From contig JBHYGA010000001.1 of NCBI GenBank assembly GCA_051859245.1, forward strand, positions 1,056,001 to 1,120,000: DNA of 64,000 nt, read 5' to 3'. Numbering within the stretch: the first letter of the stretch is position 1; each line of letters begins with the position of its first letter. Shown here one piece after another: positions 29,201 through 39,301 of the stretch. This stretch comes from Gemmatimonadaceae bacterium (GTDB lineage Bacteria; Gemmatimonadota; Gemmatimonadetes; Gemmatimonadales; Gemmatimonadaceae). The translations under genes were made by a program, and so were the position numbers. Below the pieces are notes generated by a model. The model did not search any database. It worked only from the letters and a program-made list of their open reading frames with translations, and had not been told where the DNA came from.

Positions 29201-29822
29201 ACAGCCGAACGATCTGTCTCGCTGGCGTCACGCGTCGGATGAGGTTCCTGATGCGCTTCGCGGGGTCGTTGACGAACTACGGCGAGACGTAGACGTGCCA
29301 GCACAGTGGCGGCAATCGCTCACCGCGGCGATTCAGAACGAGCCTCGAGCGTCCGCCGAACTCCCCCGCGCGCCGCGGCGCATCGAACTGCGTCCGCTCT
29401 ACGCTGCTGCGGCGGCGCTGGCGTTCACCACGTTCGGTGCGTTCGGCACGTTTCTGGCCACGTCGGGACCGCGTGCCTTACAAATTGCAGCGACCGCAGA
29501 TTCGCCCGGTCAGGCGTCGGTCAGTGCGACTCGCGTAAGTGGTGACGGTTCGCGTGTGAGTGTGAGATTTTCGCTTGTTGCCCCGGGAGCACACCGTGTG
29601 AGCGTTGTGGGCGCGTTCAATCAGTGGGACCCGTCTGCCAATGCCATGCAACTCGCCGAAGATGGCGTGACGTGGACCGCCACGCTGGCAATGCCCGTTG
29701 GCAAGCACAGCTACGCATTCGTGATCGACGGCGAAGTCACGCCGGACCCCGCAGCACCGGCATCGGCAGACGATGATTTTGGCGTGCCGAATTCGTTTCT
29801 CCTCGTGAGCAATTCGCTATGA
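29190..29822 (+). CDS. Putative single-TM anti-sigma factor with C-terminal CBM48/AMPK-CBM-like domain
   Basis: Overlaps the sigma gene; TM YAAAAALAFTTFGAFGTFLA; VRFSLVAPGAHRVSVVGAFNQW..HSYAFVIDG..DDDFG..NS. Confidence 0.78.
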   Translation: MHAEQPNDLSRWRHASDEVPDALRGVVDELRRDVDVPAQWRQSLTAAIQNEPRASAELPRAPRRIELRPLYAAAAALAFTTFGAFGTFLATSGPRALQIAATADSPGQASVSATRVSGDGSRVSVRFSLVAPGAHRVSVVGAFNQWDPSANAMQLAEDGVTWTATLAMPVGKHSYAFVIDGEVTPDPAAPASADDDFGVPNSFLLVSNSL

Positions 29823-30475
29823 CGCACCCTCTGATCAAGACCTGTGGTCATCTCGCTGTATGCGCCTCGCTGCTCGTCACAGCAGCAGCCAGCCTTGAAG
29901 CGCAAGCCGTACGACGCGGTGCTGCGATCCCGGATCGCGTGGCGACGTCGACGAGAGTCGGCATCCAGGCGCTGGTCGACTCACTCGACGCCGAACAGTT
30001 GCCGTCCTTCGCACTGTTGGACAAAGCGGCGGAAGGGGCGCTCAAGGGCGCCGACGACAGTCGCATCCTGATGGCCGTCCGCGCACTCGCCGCTCGTTTG
30101 CGCAGCGGCCGAGAGTTGCTCGGCCCGCGCGCATCAGACAGCGAGTTGCTTGCGGCGTCGAGTGCGTTGTACGCGGGTGTTTCCGAGAACGCCATCACGC
30201 AACTGGTGCAAACACAACGGGCACGCGATGCGAGCACGCCACTGACGAGTGCGCTGAGTATTGTCGCCGAGCTTGCCTCGGCGTCAGTGCCCGCGGATCT
30301 CGCGCTGTCGTCTGTAGACGCGCTGCTTGCGAAGGGAGCGCGGGATGTGGAGCTGGCCGCGTTTCGGGTCGCGGTGGATCGAGAGATCCGCGGCGGCGTC
30401 ACACCACGTGACGCAACCACTGCAGGCTTGAAGCGCGCGCTGAGCAATCTTGATCGTGCATCTCGCACACCGTGA
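29819..30475 (+). CDS. Exported helical hypothetical protein
   Basis: Signal peptide ending LEA-Q; ATGA overlap with the anti-sigma gene. Confidence 0.7.
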   Translation: MTHPLIKTCGHLAVCASLLVTAAASLEAQAVRRGAAIPDRVATSTRVGIQALVDSLDAEQLPSFALLDKAAEGALKGADDSRILMAVRALAARLRSGRELLGPRASDSELLAASSALYAGVSENAITQLVQTQRARDASTPLTSALSIVAELASASVPADLALSSVDALLAKGARDVELAAFRVAVDREIRGGVTPRDATTAGLKRALSNLDRASRTP

Positions 30476-30550
30476 CATTCGTAGAGTGTGTGATCGCCCC
30501 ATGTGTGCAGTTGTATGTGTAAAGGACTCTGAGTAGTTGGTGCGCGAAGA

Positions 30551-30581
30551 TGTGACCTGACGTGACGCTGATGAAGTACCA
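30551..30581 (+). promoter_or_regulatory. Putative ECF promoter copy 3 (TGTGAC-N19-GTACCA)
   Basis: Upstream of the lipoprotein gene; identical terminal hexamers to copy 2. Confidence 0.65.
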
Positions 30582-30628
30582 CGCGGTGAGTGCATAACAT
30601 CAACGATCACCGTTCAGAAGGAGTCAAC

Positions 30629-31432
30629 ATGCAGCATGGTTCAACGCGTGCCACAATCGCTTTCATCGCCGCAGGTCTTGCGCTGAGCGCGTGTTCTGAT
30701 CAATCCCCGCTCAATGTGAGCGCCGACGGCGCCAAGCTGGAGCTCATTGCCGAAGCGGCAACGAATCCTGGTATTGAGCTCGACCCAAACGCGGCCACGT
30801 TGTACGTACACGAGGGAATCATCATTCGCGCACGGGTGGTTGACGCGTCCGGTGCGGTGATTGCCGGAGCGCAACCAACGTGGCGCAGCAGTGACGCCTG
30901 GGTTGCCGCTGTAAACATCCTGCCAGACTCCATTTCCACACCTGGAGCGCGCGCATCCGTGATTGGTGTCGCGATTGGTGAAGCGCGAGTCACCGCCAGC
31001 TACGCCGAACTTGCGGCGACAACCATGATCACGGTACGTGCCAGGCCCGACTCCGGCAACAACACGCCGCGTCCTCAACCTCAGCCTCGCCCCACAACGT
31101 TCGACGCGGCGATTACGGTGTTGGGATTCATTGCCGGTCCCGATACGTCCACCACTTCGTCGGAGCTGGTACCGGGCAGCACGGTCACGCTGACGTTACT
31201 GCCTCCGGCGCCGGGAGACTCAACCGCCGTTGGCACGCCCACCACAACGGAGACGCGGTTCGCAAGCGCGATTGCCAACGCGCAGTCCCGCGTTCAGTTC
31301 ACCGGTGTCCCGCAGTCGCGTTTCCGAATCGATGTAGTGCCGCCCGCCGGCTCCCCCTGGAAGGCCGCGTCGTTTACATCGCCTGCGCCCTTTGTGGGAT
31401 CGTACACACGCACGCTGTTCCTGGAAAAATGA
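30629..31432 (+). CDS. Lipoprotein with Ig-like (Big_2-type) domain
   Basis: AAGGAG before ATG 30629; lipobox LSAC; TWRSSD..VAAV..GEARVTA; Pro/Gln linker. Confidence 0.75.
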   Translation: MQHGSTRATIAFIAAGLALSACSDQSPLNVSADGAKLELIAEAATNPGIELDPNAATLYVHEGIIIRARVVDASGAVIAGAQPTWRSSDAWVAAVNILPDSISTPGARASVIGVAIGEARVTASYAELAATTMITVRARPDSGNNTPRPQPQPRPTTFDAAITVLGFIAGPDTSTTSSELVPGSTVTLTLLPPAPGDSTAVGTPTTTETRFASAIANAQSRVQFTGVPQSRFRIDVVPPAGSPWKAASFTSPAPFVGSYTRTLFLEK

Positions 31433-31452
31433 TGGTGTGATACCAGCGCGCC

Positions 31453-31492
31453 GCCGCCGATATTCCTTTATATTTAAAGGAATATCGGCGGC
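31453..31492. promoter_or_regulatory. Perfect 18-bp inverted repeat (MarR operator and/or terminator hairpin)
   Basis: GCCGCCGATATTCCTTTA-TATT-TAAAGGAATATCGGCGGC, 20 nt before the abm-type operon. Confidence 0.6.
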
Positions 31493-31512
31493 ATCCCTTC
31501 CGGAGTCCTCGC

Positions 31513-33882
31513 GTGCGCATCCTTGTTGTTGGCGGCGGTCCTGGTGGTCTCTACGCGGCGCTGCTGCTCAAGCGCCGACATCCCAAGGCCCACATCACGG
31601 TTACTGAGCGCAACTCGCGCGACAGCACGTTTGGTTGGGGCGTCGTTCTCTCGGATCAAACGGTTGCCAACCTGCGCGACGCTGATCCACCGAGCGCGGA
31701 TCGCATCGCCGCCGCGCTGCATCGCTGGGATGACATCGAGATTCATTTTGGCGGCCAGACCATTCGATCTGGTGGCCATGGCTTCAGCGGCATTGGCCGC
31801 CTCGAATTGCTGCGCATTCTGCAGGAGCGATGCCTCGAGCTCGGCGTAGCGCTCGAGTTTCGCGCCGAAACGTCGCCAGACCTTGAATCGGTCATCGCAC
31901 GCGACGGCATCGATCTGGTGATCGCCGCCGATGGCATCAACAGTCGTATTCGCGAGCGGTACGAAGGCACATTCAAACCCGATGTGGACCTTCGGGAATG
32001 CCGGTACGTGTGGCTCGGAACGCCTCGGCAGTTCAATGCCTTCACGTTCGCGTTTGCGGAAACACCGTTTGGCTGGTTCCAGGCGCACGCGTATCAGTTT
32101 GATCAAGGCATGAGCACGTTTATCGTGGAGACGCCGCAACACGTGTGGGAAGCGGCGGGTCTCGATGCCATGGAGTCCGAAGCCGCGATCGGGTTCTGCG
32201 AACAGTTGTTCGCACCACAACTTGGCGGTGCGCCGCTGGTGAGTAACGCAACACATCTGCGCGGCTCAGCCCAATGGATTCGTTTCCCACGGATCACGTG
32301 CGCAGAATGGGTGCACTGGTTGCACGCGGAGTCGCGTGATGTCCCCGTAGTCCTGCTCGGCGACGCGGCGCACACCGCACACTTTTCCATTGGTTCGGGA
32401 ACCAAGCTGGCACTCGAAGACGCGATGGCGCTGGACGCGGCGATCGCCAGTGGCACGAGCACCATGCAACACGCGCTGGCCGCGTACCAGGCCGATCGCA
32501 GTGTTGAAGTGCTCAAACTGCAGAACGCCGCGCGCAACTCGACCGAATGGTTCGAGCACGTACACCGCTACGCCTCGCTCGCGCCTGAACAGTTCGCATA
32601 CTCCCTGCTCACACGGTCGCAGCGCATATCGCACGAGAATTTGCGAGAGCGCGACGCCGACTACGTGGCCGCGTTTGAGCTGTGGTTCGCGGAGCGTGCG
32701 GGACTTGCCCCAGCGGTCAACGCACCACCCGCGTTGCTCACGCCGTTCACCGTGCGCGGCCTCACGTTGCCCAATCGCGTGGTCGTGTCGCCAATGGCGC
32801 AGTACTCGGCGCACACCGACGGCCGTCCAAGCGATTGGCACTTTGTGCATCTCGGCGCGCGTGCAAGTGGAGGTGCCGCACTCGTCATGACAGAAATGAC
32901 CTGCGTGGCACCAGACGCGCGCATTACACCCTGGTGCCCCGGACTCTGGAACAACGCGCACGAGAGTGAGTGGGCGCGCATTGTGCGCTACGTGCACGAG
33001 TACACTCCTGCGCGCATTGGCTTGCAGCTCGGCCACGCGGGCGCAAAAGGCGCCACGAAGAAGATGTGGGAAGGAGTAGACGAACCGTTGCCCGAGGGTG
33101 AATGGCCGCTGATGGCGCCTTCGGAAACTCAATATCTGCCCGGCGTCTCGCAAACCGCGCGGGAGATGACCGCGGCTGACATGACGCTGGTGCTCTCACA
33201 ATTCGTGGAGAGCACGCTCCGTGCCGCACGCGCCGGTTTTGATTGGTTGGAGTTGCACTGTGCGCATGGCTATCTGCTGTCCGCGTTTCTTTCGCCACTC
33301 ACCAACCATCGAACCGACGCGTATGGCGGCACGATCGATGCACGCGCCAGGTTCCCGCTTGAGGTTTTTCGCGCCATGCGTGAGGTCTGGCCCGCAGAAC
33401 GTCCAATGTCCATACGCATTTCAGCACACGACTGGGCCGAAGGCGGTAATACTGCGGATGACGCCGTACATATCGCCCGACTGTTCAAGAACGCCGGCGC
33501 AGACATGATTGATGTCTCGGCCGGGCAGGTGGTGAAACACGAACGACCGGTATTCGGACGCATGTGGCAAACCCCCTTCTCGGATCGTGTACGACAGGAG
33601 GCAGGCATTGCCACCATTGCGGTGGGCGCCATCACCGACGCCGATCAGGCCACGGGTATCATCGCGTCCGGACGTGCGGACCTTGTCGCAATCGGTCGGC
33701 CGCATCTGGTGAACCCTGCATGGACGCTTACTGAGGCCGTGCGCGCGGGCTACATCGGTGCCGAGGCGTTGTGGCCGCCGCAGTATCGGGCCGGCAAATC
33801 GCAGCTTGAGCGTTTGATGCTACGCGAGCGTGCTGAGCGTGCTGCGGCGCAGGATCAACCGCCACGCGGTGAGCTGACATGA
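31513..33882 (+). CDS. abmA: Bifunctional 2-aminobenzoyl-CoA monooxygenase/reductase (salicylyl-CoA 5-hydroxylase family)
   Basis: GGGPGGLY, TFGWGVV, GDAAHTAHFSIGSGTKLA fused to an Old Yellow Enzyme domain (VSPMAQYS, LHCAHGYLL). Confidence 0.88.
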   Translation: MRILVVGGGPGGLYAALLLKRRHPKAHITVTERNSRDSTFGWGVVLSDQTVANLRDADPPSADRIAAALHRWDDIEIHFGGQTIRSGGHGFSGIGRLELLRILQERCLELGVALEFRAETSPDLESVIARDGIDLVIAADGINSRIRERYEGTFKPDVDLRECRYVWLGTPRQFNAFTFAFAETPFGWFQAHAYQFDQGMSTFIVETPQHVWEAAGLDAMESEAAIGFCEQLFAPQLGGAPLVSNATHLRGSAQWIRFPRITCAEWVHWLHAESRDVPVVLLGDAAHTAHFSIGSGTKLALEDAMALDAAIASGTSTMQHALAAYQADRSVEVLKLQNAARNSTEWFEHVHRYASLAPEQFAYSLLTRSQRISHENLRERDADYVAAFELWFAERAGLAPAVNAPPALLTPFTVRGLTLPNRVVVSPMAQYSAHTDGRPSDWHFVHLGARASGGAALVMTEMTCVAPDARITPWCPGLWNNAHESEWARIVRYVHEYTPARIGLQLGHAGAKGATKKMWEGVDEPLPEGEWPLMAPSETQYLPGVSQTAREMTAADMTLVLSQFVESTLRAARAGFDWLELHCAHGYLLSAFLSPLTNHRTDAYGGTIDARARFPLEVFRAMREVWPAERPMSIRISAHDWAEGGNTADDAVHIARLFKNAGADMIDVSAGQVVKHERPVFGRMWQTPFSDRVRQEAGIATIAVGAITDADQATGIIASGRADLVAIGRPHLVNPAWTLTEAVRAGYIGAEALWPPQYRAGKSQLERLMLRERAERAAAQDQPPRGELT

Positions 33883-34667
33883 ATGAAGCAACGATTGCCA
33901 CTCGCGCGCTCTCAGCACGACACGCACTCGTCACGGGGGCGAATCGTGGCATTGGTGCGGCAACGGCGCGTGCGTTGTCGGGTGCCGGGGCAGACGTCAC
34001 GCTCATGGTGCGGGATCGCAGCGGAGGTGAAGCGCTTGCGCGCACGCTCAAGGGACGCACACACATCGTGCTTGCCGACGTGACCGATCATGACGCCGTG
34101 CGTGCGGCGGTTTCGGAAGCCAACGCGGCGTTTGGTCCGGTAGATATCCTCGTGAACAATGCCGGCTCCGTGCAGGCCACGCCTTTTCTTCGCGCGACTC
34201 CTTTGCTATTCGAGGAGATGTTTGCCGTGCATGTGCTCGGCGCGGTCGTTACGTCGCAGGCGGTGCTCTCGGATATGGTCAAGCGCGGATTCGGGCGCAT
34301 TATCAACGTTGCCAGCATTGCGGGTCTTGAAGGAGCACCGTACGTCGCGCACTACGTGGCCGCCAAGCACGCACTCGTTGGTCTCACGCGCGCGCTGGCT
34401 GCGGAGTACGCAAGCAAACAGGTCACCGTAAACGCCGTCTGCCCAGGCTACACACAAACCGACCTGGTCAGCGAATCAGTGCAACGCATTGTGGGCAAGA
34501 CGGGGCGTTCGCCGGAAGACGCGTTGCACGCCATGCTCGCCGAGGCGGGACAGTCTCGATTGGTTACTGTGCAGGAAGTCGCCGCTGCGATTGTTGCCCT
34601 CTGTCTGCCTGCTGCAAGTGAGCGCACGGGGGAATGTGTTGTGCTTCTGGGAGAGGAGTCAACATGA
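33879..34667 (+). CDS. SDR family oxidoreductase
   Basis: TGANRGIG, NNAG, YVAAK. Confidence 0.9.
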   Translation: MNEATIATRALSARHALVTGANRGIGAATARALSGAGADVTLMVRDRSGGEALARTLKGRTHIVLADVTDHDAVRAAVSEANAAFGPVDILVNNAGSVQATPFLRATPLLFEEMFAVHVLGAVVTSQAVLSDMVKRGFGRIINVASIAGLEGAPYVAHYVAAKHALVGLTRALAAEYASKQVTVNAVCPGYTQTDLVSESVQRIVGKTGRSPEDALHAMLAEAGQSRLVTVQEVAAAIVALCLPAASERTGECVVLLGEEST

Positions 34668-35170
34668 GCACAGCCGCGCAGGCGCAACGCCTCGATCCGG
34701 AGTCTCGGCTCGACGGCGCAGAGCAGGACTCGCTTCGCCTCTGGCTTCGATTATTCACCTGCAGCAAGCTGATCGAACGCGAAGTGGATAGCGTGCTCAA
34801 GCGTGAGTTCGGTTCATCGTTGCCGCGGTTCGATTTGCTGGCGCAGTTGGAGCGATCGCCCGGCGGATTGCGCATGGGCGAGTTATCGGCGCGCACACTG
34901 AGTACCGGTGGGAACATCACGTGGCTTGTCGCCGCCCTCGAGCGTGATGGGCTGGTGTCTCGGCGCGTTGCTGCAAAAGACAAGCGTGCCGCACAAGTCA
35001 AGCTGACAGCTGCCGGTCGTCGTCACTTCAGCGCGATGGCCAAAGTGCATGAGCAACTCATCGCGGAACGTTTTGGCGCGCTGTGCGAGGCGGATCGCCG
35101 CACGCTGCATACGCTGCTCGGCACCGTCAAGCAGCGACTCCCTTCTGTTGCCCCGGTGGAGACTACATGA
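34664..35170 (+). CDS. MarR family transcriptional regulator
   Basis: [38 protein letters not shown] before ATG 34664. Confidence 0.9.
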   Translation: MSTAAQAQRLDPESRLDGAEQDSLRLWLRLFTCSKLIEREVDSVLKREFGSSLPRFDLLAQLERSPGGLRMGELSARTLSTGGNITWLVAALERDGLVSRRVAAKDKRAAQVKLTAAGRRHFSAMAKVHEQLIAERFGALCEADRRTLHTLLGTVKQRLPSVAPVETT

Positions 35171-36015
35171 TGGCGGAAAATCCGATGTCGGCCATGTCGA
35201 ACGCCATGGCAAACCGTGAACTGAAACACGCGCACTTGTCCGTGAGCGACGATGGGCAGATTGCCACCATCACGCTGAACCGACCGGAGCGCAAGAACCC
35301 GCTCACGTTTGATTCGTACGCGGAGTTGCGCGACTTCTTTCGTGATCTGCAATACGCGACGGATATTCGCGTGGTAATTCTCACCGGCGCTGATGGCAAC
35401 TTTTGCTCTGGCGGCGATGTGTTCGAGATTATCGAACCGCTCACAAGAATGGCGATCCCAGAGCTGCTCGCGTTCACGCGCATGACGGGTGATCTCGTCA
35501 AAGCCATGCGTGCGTGCCCGCAGCCAATCATCGCCGCTGTTGACGGCGTGGCAGCCGGTGCTGGTGCGATTCTGGCCATGGCGTCGGATATCCGCCTGGC
35601 CACACCGCGCGCCAGGACGGCGTTCCTGTTTTCGCGCGTGGGGCTGGCCGGCTGCGACATGGGCGCGTGTTCGTTGCTGCCGCGGATTATAGGTCAGGGG
35701 CGTGCCGCCGAGCTGCTGTACTCTGGTCGCACGATGTCGGCGGAGGAAGGTGAACGCTGGGGATTTCACAACGCCCTCGTCGAGCCCGAGCTTCTGATGG
35801 CGGAAGCGATGCGGCGCGCCGGCGAGCTCGCCGCCGGACCCACGTTCGCCCACGCCATGACCAAGACGATGTTGCAACAGGAATGGAATGTGTCGGTGCA
35901 GCAGGCAATCGAAATGGAAGCGCAGGCGCAAGCCTTGTGCATGGGCACGCAAGATTTTCAGCGCGCCTTCGCGGCGTTCGCGGCCAAGCGCCCGCCTGTG
36001 TTTGAGGGCAACTGA
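35167..36015 (+). CDS. Enoyl-CoA hydratase family protein
   Basis: [27 protein letters not shown]. Confidence 0.9.
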   Translation: MMAENPMSAMSNAMANRELKHAHLSVSDDGQIATITLNRPERKNPLTFDSYAELRDFFRDLQYATDIRVVILTGADGNFCSGGDVFEIIEPLTRMAIPELLAFTRMTGDLVKAMRACPQPIIAAVDGVAAGAGAILAMASDIRLATPRARTAFLFSRVGLAGCDMGACSLLPRIIGQGRAAELLYSGRTMSAEEGERWGFHNALVEPELLMAEAMRRAGELAAGPTFAHAMTKTMLQQEWNVSVQQAIEMEAQAQALCMGTQDFQRAFAAFAAKRPPVFEGN

Positions 36016-36017
36016 TC

Positions 36018-37211
36018 ATGACCACGTCGAACGTCTCGCCGTCGCGCGCAGTGCAGGCGGAGCTACACCTGGCCTGGCCGTTCTTCGACGAGATGCACCG
36101 CGCTCTTGCCGCTCGTGTGACCGAGTGGGTGACGACGCAACACGTTGACCACGCCGATACTGACGCGGCGTGTCGGGATTGGGTGCGGCGGCTCGGCGAC
36201 GCCGGCTTTCTCCAGTACTGTGTGCCCAGGCAATGGGGCGGTGCACTCGATGCCATCGACTCGCGCAGCGTCTGCATCCTTCGTGAGCATCTCGCCATGC
36301 ACAACGGTTTGGCAGATTTTGCGCTGGCCATGCAAGGCATTGGATCTGGTCCGCTGGCACTGGCCGGTTCCGACGCATTGCGCACGAGCTGGCTCCCCAA
36401 GGTGGCCAGTGGAAAGGCAATCGCCGCGTTTGCCCTCACCGAACCCGACGCCGGTTCCGACGCGGCCGCCATCACCACGTCGGCAACTCGCGTGCATGAC
36501 GGATGGGAACTCTCGGGCACAAAAACCTGGATCTCCAACGGCGGTATTGCCGACTTCTATTGTGTGTTCGCGCGATCACAGGCTGATTCACGTGGTGCCA
36601 AGGGCGTGAGCGCGTACTTCGTGCCAGCCGGTACGCCTGGGCTGACGGTGGTTGAGCGTTTCAACGTCATGGCTCCGCATCCGCTGGCCACGTTGCGCTT
36701 TGAACGATGCGTGGTGCCGGAATCGAATCTGCTAGGCGATGAAGGCGACGGCTTCAAGCTCGCCATGCGGACCCTCGACATCTTCCGGATGTCCGTGGCT
36801 GCGGCTGCGACAGGGTTCGCTCGGCGTGCATTACGTGAGACGCTGCACCACGCCAACACGCGCGCGATGTTTGGCGGCTCGCTCGGTGCGCAACCACTCG
36901 CGCAGGCCATGATTGGTGACATGGCCACTGAGCTCGACAGCGCGGCGCTGCTCACGTATCGGGCCGCCTGGTTTCGTGATACGCAGGAAGGGCGTGTGAC
37001 CACCGTTGCGGCGATGGCCAAGCTTGCAGCGACCGAGTTGGCACAACGCATCATCGATCGCGCCGTGCAATTGCACGGCGCCAAAGGCGTGCTGACGGGA
37101 CAGGTGGTGGAGCATTTGTACCGTGAGATTCGCGCATTGCGCATTTACGAAGGCGCTAGCGAGGTGCAACGACTGCTGGTGGGTCGTGAAACGCTACGCG
37201 CCGAATCCTGA
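36018..37211 (+). CDS. Acyl-CoA dehydrogenase
   Basis: FALTEPDAGSD, GTKTWISNG, RIYEGASEV. Confidence 0.92.
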   Translation: MTTSNVSPSRAVQAELHLAWPFFDEMHRALAARVTEWVTTQHVDHADTDAACRDWVRRLGDAGFLQYCVPRQWGGALDAIDSRSVCILREHLAMHNGLADFALAMQGIGSGPLALAGSDALRTSWLPKVASGKAIAAFALTEPDAGSDAAAITTSATRVHDGWELSGTKTWISNGGIADFYCVFARSQADSRGAKGVSAYFVPAGTPGLTVVERFNVMAPHPLATLRFERCVVPESNLLGDEGDGFKLAMRTLDIFRMSVAAAATGFARRALRETLHHANTRAMFGGSLGAQPLAQAMIGDMATELDSAALLTYRAAWFRDTQEGRVTTVAAMAKLAATELAQRIIDRAVQLHGAKGVLTGQVVEHLYREIRALRIYEGASEVQRLLVGRETLRAES

Positions 37212-37226
37212 ACAAACGGAACATCG

Positions 37227-38873
37227 ATGCAACCACTTCTCCCCAGTGCGCACGATGATGTCTGGACGCGAGAGCAGCTCCCGCCAATGGAACAGTGGCC
37301 GCTGCTCAATCTCGAACCGCCGTATAACTATCCGGCGCGCCTCAACGCGGCGGTGCGCTTGCTCGACTCGGCAATCGCCGAGGGCTTTGGTGAGCACATC
37401 GCACTGATCACGCGAAGTGCGGAGGGCGTGTACGAAGAGACCACATACGCGCAACTCAGCGCTCTCGTCGATGCCATCGCCCATGTGTTGCGCGACGATC
37501 TGTCGCTGCTGTCCGGCAATCGTGTACTGCTGCGCGGATACAATGGTCGTTGGATGGCGGCCGCGTGGCTCGCGACGATCAAGGCCGGTTGTGTTGCGGT
37601 CACTACCATGCCGCTGCTGCGGGCCAGGGAGCTGCACACGATCATTGAACGAGCCCGATGTTCGGCTGCACTCTGCGATACGCGGCTGGAAGACGAACTG
37701 TTGTCGGCGATCATGACATCGACAACGGCTTGCCAGGTGCGAATATGGGGAAACGGTGCGCCACAAAGCCTCGAGGCGCTCTGCTCAACACACACTCAAC
37801 CATTCGACGCGCATTCCACGAGTCAGGATGATGTGTGCTTGATCGCGTTCACCTCCGGCACGACAGGCGATCCGAAAGGCTGCATGCACTTTCATCGTGA
37901 TGTGATGGCCATGTGCGATGGATTTGCCCGGCAGGTGCTTGGTACCACGCACACGGATCGCTGCATTGGTACGCCGCCCTTGGCATTCACCTTCGGACTC
38001 GGTGGGTTGTTGTGTTTTCCGCTGGCTGCTCGTGCCACGGCGGTCCTGCTCGAGAAGTCCACCCCGGAATCATTGCTTGAAGCCATCGCGGCAACGCGCG
38101 CCACGGTAAGTTTTACCGCGCCAACGTTCTATCGGCAAATGGCGCTGGCGATGCAGCGTGCGCCTGATCGTTTCGATACGTCATCGCTGCGCGCCTGTGT
38201 ATCTGCGGGTGAAGCACTGCCCGACGCCACTCGCGTGCTGTGGCGTCAGGAAGCCGGCATCGAGTTGCTGGACGGCATCGGCGCGACAGAACTGATTCAC
38301 ATCTTTGTTGCTGCCGCGGGCAAGGATGTGCGATCGGGTGCAATTGGCCGCGCCGTTCCCGGCTATGAAATCGCGATTCTTGATGACGCGTTGCAATCCG
38401 TCGCGAACGGCACCGTTGGTCGGCTGGCCGTGCGCGGTCCAACGGGCTGCCGATATCTCAATGATGTCAGACAGCAGGCGTACGTGCAGGGCAGCTGGAA
38501 TCTCACCGGAGACGCGGCCTCAATGGACGAACACGGCTACGTGTACTTCAAAGCGCGCACGGATGATCTGATCATTTCATCTGGTCACAACATCGGCGCA
38601 CCCGAAGTGGAGTCGGCGGTGCTGACACACCCTGACGTGAGCGAGTGTGCGGTGATCGGTGTGCCCGACGAAGATCGCGGACAAGCAGTCAAGGCATTCA
38701 TTGTCTTGCGTGCCGGTGCCGCTGCTTCGCCGCAGCTGGCAAAGGCCGTGCAGGATCATGTGAAGGCAACCATCGCGCCATACAAGTATCCGCGCCTGGT
38801 GGAGTTTGTCGCATCGCTTCCCAAAACAGACACGGGTAAGCTGCAGCGTTTCCGTCTCAAGGAGGATCAGTGA
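37227..38873 (+). CDS. 2-aminobenzoate-CoA ligase-like AMP-binding enzyme
   Basis: FTSGTTGDPKG, SAGEAL, GIGATE, IAPYKYPR, KLQRF; operon context. Confidence 0.85.
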   Translation: MQPLLPSAHDDVWTREQLPPMEQWPLLNLEPPYNYPARLNAAVRLLDSAIAEGFGEHIALITRSAEGVYEETTYAQLSALVDAIAHVLRDDLSLLSGNRVLLRGYNGRWMAAAWLATIKAGCVAVTTMPLLRARELHTIIERARCSAALCDTRLEDELLSAIMTSTTACQVRIWGNGAPQSLEALCSTHTQPFDAHSTSQDDVCLIAFTSGTTGDPKGCMHFHRDVMAMCDGFARQVLGTTHTDRCIGTPPLAFTFGLGGLLCFPLAARATAVLLEKSTPESLLEAIAATRATVSFTAPTFYRQMALAMQRAPDRFDTSSLRACVSAGEALPDATRVLWRQEAGIELLDGIGATELIHIFVAAAGKDVRSGAIGRAVPGYEIAILDDALQSVANGTVGRLAVRGPTGCRYLNDVRQQAYVQGSWNLTGDAASMDEHGYVYFKARTDDLIISSGHNIGAPEVESAVLTHPDVSECAVIGVPDEDRGQAVKAFIVLRAGAAASPQLAKAVQDHVKATIAPYKYPRLVEFVASLPKTDTGKLQRFRLKEDQ

Positions 38874-39271
38874 CGCATCGAGTATTGCAGCCGGAGAGTT
38901 GGCCGAGGCCGCGCGGGTATGCGAACGGGGTCTCCGCCGTTGGACGCACAATCTTTGTCGCGGGCCAGATTGGCTGGAATGCGCAACAGCAACTCGTTGG
39001 CAGCGACCTGGTGAGTCAGGCCCGGCAGGCGCTGCTCAACATTCTGGTTGTGCTGGCGGAAGACAACGCACGCGCCGAACACCTGGTGCGGCTCACCTGG
39101 TATGTGACGAACCGCACACAATATCTCAACGCGTCTACCGAGCTTGGCGTTGTGTATCGGGAAGTTCTTGGCCGTCATTACCCCGCGATGTCGGCGGTGG
39201 AAGTCAGTGCGCTCATGGAAGAGGGCGCAGTGGTTGAAGTTGAAGCCACTGCTGTTGTGCCACACGAATAG
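38870..39271 (+). CDS. RidA/YjgF family protein
   Basis: WPRPRGYANG, FVAGQIG, VEVEATAV. Confidence 0.9.
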   Translation: MTHRVLQPESWPRPRGYANGVSAVGRTIFVAGQIGWNAQQQLVGSDLVSQARQALLNILVVLAEDNARAEHLVRLTWYVTNRTQYLNASTELGVVYREVLGRHYPAMSAVEVSALMEEGAVVEVEATAVVPHE

Positions 39272-39301
39272 AGACCACACACACATTGGGAGTGTACCGG
39301 C

